From assembly GCA_964247055.1 (NCBI GenBank), contig OZ176055.1, forward strand, positions 4,650,001 through 4,714,000: a DNA stretch of 64,000 nucleotides. Reading direction: 5' to 3'. This document shows positions 59,862 through 64,000 of the stretch, piece by piece; position 1 is the stretch's first letter; every line of letters begins with the position of its first letter. The notes beneath the pieces were generated by a model, which had not been told where the DNA came from, made no database searches, and saw only the letters and a list, made by a program, of their open reading frames with translations. Both the position numbers and the translations under genes were made by a program. The stretch comes from Paragordius varius. Lineage: Eukaryota > Animalia > Nematomorpha.

Positions 59862-61268
59862 TTTATAGGGCATAAAGATCCCAAATAAACGGCTAATACA
59901 AAACGCCTGACCTTAATTTTTACCTAGTACGTGTAATCTTTCAAGCTTTTAATGAGCTCATATGGCTTAATTTTTAGTAAATTAGCTCGTGGCGCAGTTT
60001 TTGGCGGGTAGCTCGGCAGGTATAAAAAAGCGTTTGCCAAATTTTTTGCCTTTATATGTGGAATGGAATTATCATAAATTCCATATGTTCCTATTAGTCT
60101 AAAATTTAGCTCCAAAGTCACGCTGTATCGATATGGTGGCGCAGTTATTGGCGGGTAGCCCCCTACCCAGAGGCCAATATAAAAAAGACGTTCGATAAAA
60201 ATATTTTCCTTTATAGGGGAATACCTGGAATCATCATTCATTCCATATCTTCTTAATAGTTTTTGGAAGAATGGCTTCAAAACTAAATAATAGTTGAATG
60301 ATAGCGAATTTTTTAGGGCGTAAAGGGCCTGATTGACGGCTAATATAAAAAAAACCGCTCGACTTAAATTTTTGCCTTTTTACGGGTAATAATTCAGTCC
60401 CACATTAAACTAATATGGCCTGATAAGTTTTTTTGAATATTAACTCCTAAATAACGCAATTTCGATATTATGATGCAGTTTTAAACGGGTAGCTCCATAC
60501 CTAGAGGCTGAAAAAAGCGCTTGATATAAAATTTAGTCTTTTTACGGAGAATACTGGAACCATGATTGATTTCAAATGCTCTCATTACTTTTTAAAAAAT
60601 CATTCTATGGGGGCACATTTTTCAGGGCGTGAAGGGCATAAGGGCTAATTTTAAAAAATCGCACAAACTTGTTAGGTACATTTTAAGCAGCTATTGAACT
60701 CGTATGGCCTGATAGGTTTTCTGAAATTCAGCCCCAAAGGCACGCTATTTTGATATGACGGGTCAGTTTTTAGCGAGTATCTCCTAACCCAGCAGCTATC
60801 ATCGATGCTTGACTAAAATTTTTGCCTTTTAACAGGGAATACCTGGAATTCTTATTGGAATTTTTACTGTTTCATACTTTGGGCGAAAAATAGATTCAAA
60901 AAATTATTTTTATGGACTTATTTTTTGAAAAAAATGTCATTTTACGGGGGGAGCGGGTAAAAAGAGGGCATAAATTAAAAATCGAGCCGATTATGTTCGG
61001 CGCAATCGAAAATAAGTAAAAAAAATCATATTTGAAATCGAGTCCAACACGTTTTCCGGAAAATTGTCTCAAAGACACGAGTGGACTCGTCAAAAAAAAC
61101 CCGTTTTTCACACGGAGTGGGCCCGAACTGAAAGCCTAATTCAAAAAAGAGCGGAGCTATTGTCGGGGCCCTCATTAATGATTTTATTTTTTTCGACATT
61201 TGGATTTGGTCTATCGGTTTTGGAAACAGTCACAAAGCCACCACTTTCCATTTTTATAAATATATAGA
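59862..61268 (-). mobile_element. Putative non-autonomous Helitron-like element with ~150-bp degenerate tandem repeats
   Basis: The minus strand starts A|TCTATATATTTATAAAAATGG at 61268, resembling Helitron 5' ends. About seven 125-165-bp units lie in 59862-60860. No 3' CTRR/hairpin terminus was found. Confidence 0.4.
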
Positions 61269-61649
61269 TACATTTTTGCAATTATACGAACTTATAAATT
61301 AAAAAACAAATATTATTAGAAAAAAAAACATATTTTTGTGATCTTAATTTTTTTAGTTATAAGTCATTGTTTTGGGTTGTGAAAAAGAGATAAGAGGTAA
61401 ATTAATATACTCTCAATTATGTAATCATAAATTTTAATTAATAATTTAAGTGGGAAAATAAGGGTTTTAAAAAGTATAAAATATTAGCATGATTTTTTTT
61501 ATTAATTTTTACGCATTTAAACCTATGAAACAAAGATACACCAAAATGTATTCCATTCATCAACTTTTTGAGGTAATTTACACCAACTAATATTTTTTGG
61601 ATTTTTTTGGTTAACAAAAAAATGTTAAAATATAAATAAAGGTTTATAT

Positions 61650-62389
61650 TAACCCAATTTAATAATATTGTGATTAAATTTTAGTGATATTTTTGAAATG
61701 TTGGTATAATCGTTTTGCTCTATGTCATTGATTGGTAGACATAACTATAATCCTATACTTTTTAACTTAACACTTTGATACTTAACCTAACAACATCACA
61801 TATTGTATTGATTGTTAACCAATTAAAAAAAATTTATTGACGTAAAATTTTAAAATAAATATGAATTGGCATAGACACAAGATATCTGTCAAGGATATTT
61901 TAAAGGAAGAGAAACGCAAGCGCCAATTGGCTCTAGATACAGTTTTTGAAAGAGACACTATCGTTTCAGCGATCGATAAATGGATAAATGTTAACAGTTA
62001 TCAAATAAAAGATTTAGTCAAAAATTCGGAAAATATAGAAAAACTTGATGTTGAATGGCATAGAAAATATCTGAAGTTGGCTGAAATTAAAAATGCCCCG
62101 CAAAAAATCCTCACATATGAGGAGGAATTTCAAAAATTGTCAGATACTACAAAAATTTTTGAAGAGGTTTACTTTTTTATGAAAAGTTATTTGAAAAAGT
62201 TAAAAGAGATTGGTGAGAAAGCAAAAGAACCGAAAAAGGAAATTATTACGGAACAACCCTCAAAACCAAAAGGGATTGGAAATTTTTTAAAGAAATTTGG
62301 ATTGAATCTATTTTTCTTTGGAGTTCAGGAGGTGTGTAGCCATATAAGGGGTTACACATAGGACTCTGTTTTATTTTATATTCTATATT

Positions 62390-62423
<34 letters not shown>

Positions 62424-62650
62424 CATATTTATATATAAAATATAAAATAAATTATAAAAAAATATATAATCAATAACTATCGAAATTTTACAGTGATGGC
62501 AAAATAATAATAAAAATAAGTTCCTCTAATCAAAATAAACATCTAAAAATGGTTAAACTGTCTTAAATGTGTATAGATTTATTTTATATGGCGATGATTC
62601 TAAAAAATATTTTGTCAATCTCATAATAGCAATCCATTTTGCGTTTGGTA
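61650..62650 (+). repeat. ~1-kb direct duplication, copy 2
   Basis: Colinear with 58845-59840. Confidence 0.95.
61861..62361 (+). CDS. Orphan 166-aa K/E-rich protein, copy 2
   Basis: Three nucleotide differences from copy 1 by hand comparison (AAT/ATT, CTG/TTG, ATA/TTA). Confidence 0.5.
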   Translation: MNWHRHKISVKDILKEEKRKRQLALDTVFERDTIVSAIDKWINVNSYQIKDLVKNSENIEKLDVEWHRKYLKLAEIKNAPQKILTYEEEFQKLSDTTKIFEEVYFFMKSYLKKLKEIGEKAKEPKKEIITEQPSKPKGIGNFLKKFGLNLFFFGVQEVCSHIRGYT

Positions 62651-63852
62651 AAATTCATTATATAAAATTATATATTTCCCCTTTCACTTAGTTTTATATC
62701 AGAGGGTAATTTATAATTATATAAATTTGATATACTGTCTCTAAAGTTTATTATCTAGATATCATACGCACAGTAAATACTCTCAAGAAATAATGGTTAC
62801 AAAACAGCATTGCTAATATTCGTTTAGATCTATATTAAATATAGTTAACTTTGTTTTGTATAAATCTACATTTAAAAGAACTGTTAAGTAAAATCTGAGT
62901 GAATCCGGAATTTTGTGAAAGCAAAGAGTAAATAAAACGTGTTAATTTTTATAGCAATTTGAAACATCGAGCCTCTACCGCAGTAAAATTTAATTGATAT
63001 CGAATTTCCAAATAAATATTTTAAAGGCATAATTCTAACAAGTAATCAAGTAAAGGGTGTAGTGCCGGAAGATCGTCGGCCACCTGCCGTCAAGGCATGA
63101 CCTACCCACCCCTAACTCATAGATTTCAGAGCAGGGAAATCCAACAAACATGAAATGTATTAGCTTATGTAGGTGACAATATGTATGAACAGCTGTCTAA
63201 AAAAATTATTTGGATCACCGAAACCGTTTTTAATGAAACCGCAATACATATGGTGTCATCTGTAATAAATTTTATTACATAAATTTTTCAATTTCAAAGT
63301 CCAAAATTTGTATATAAAAGCATATAAAACAATAAATGCAAAAAATCAAATACAAAGAAACAGCTGATGATTTTTGATATGCCTTTTTACAACGCAAAAC
63401 GGTTAACTAGATGTAATAAAAAGCTTTATTAATTAAAATATCTCATTTAGCTTTAAAAAAATTAGTGTAAAAGCGTTTTGGGTGTCTGGCATGCGATAGA
63501 TTTTGCGCTTTGTTTTACCTATGTTTATTTCAAAATCCTAGACCATTTTCTATTTGCACGATAGCGTAAAATAGCAAAATAGAGCACATTATTTTTAACA
63601 AATTTTTTTAGGTAAAGCTTAATGCTCAATTCAAAAAATAAAATTATAATATATGATATATTATATTTGAAAAAGAATATATTTATAAAAAATATGATGT
63701 GGGCTAGTTTTTTATAATATATCGAAAAATGTGGAGATTTTGCGACAAAACTTCTAAAATATGGTATATCGCATAAAAAACATGTTGAAAAAGATGAACA
63801 CTTTTTTCAAAATTTAAATTTTAGCAAAAAAATTTTGAGCGTGCTTCATACT

Positions 63853-63868
63853 TAGGGTGACCAGACGT
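63853..63868. mobile_element. Possible solo hAT (Blackjack-like) terminal repeat
   Basis: tagggtgaccagacgt resembles the TAGGGTGACCA terminus of that hAT group. No partner within the window. Confidence 0.3.
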
Positions 63869-64000
63869 AAAATTTTTTTTAAATACATTTAAATTTTTTA
63901 TAAAAAAATTATTTTTTATCCGTTTAAATTTTTTATCATTAGGTATGTTTAAAATCTATATCAATTTAAATTAAAATTTTTTATTTTTTTAAATTTTATT

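Noticed and set aside
63055-63150. GC-richer patch (gtgccggaagatcgtcggccacctgccgtcaaggcatgacc) as an ncRNA or SINE
   Set aside because: No tRNA cloverleaf, A/B boxes, tail or second copy could be identified.

Overview
This is an AT-rich, intron-containing animal (invertebrate) genomic window. The species cannot be identified from the sequence, and I found no rRNA, tRNA or CRISPR features. Gene order: (1) the 3' two-thirds of a highly divergent Na+/K+-ATPase alpha-like gene (+, to 6344); (2) a canonical Na+/K+-ATPase alpha gene (+, 9951-17042); (3) SRP receptor alpha (-, 18173-23826), head-to-head with (4) the SKI2 RNA helicase (+, 23886-38880), which carries an RTE-type LINE in one intron; (5) a B-type muscarinic acetylcholine receptor with an intronless CDS (-, 43361-46567); (6) a PAF-acetylhydrolase IB catalytic subunit (+, 55284-57448); (7) two near-identical copies of an orphan 166-aa ORF flanking a Helitron-like tandem-repeat block. 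Introns and intergenic DNA hold many hAT/Buster MITEs, a decayed Buster-type transposase and two foldback element families. Two observations stand out. First, nine GT-AG micro-introns of 22-25 nt are needed to build SRPRA, SKI2 and PAFAH1B, and all are the 5'-most introns of their genes. Second, the tandem ATPase paralog keeps intact reading frames and shared intron positions but has lost the P-domain motifs and most visible ion-binding residues, making it a candidate pseudo-pump. Gene models and counts were worked out by hand and need RNA-seq confirmation.
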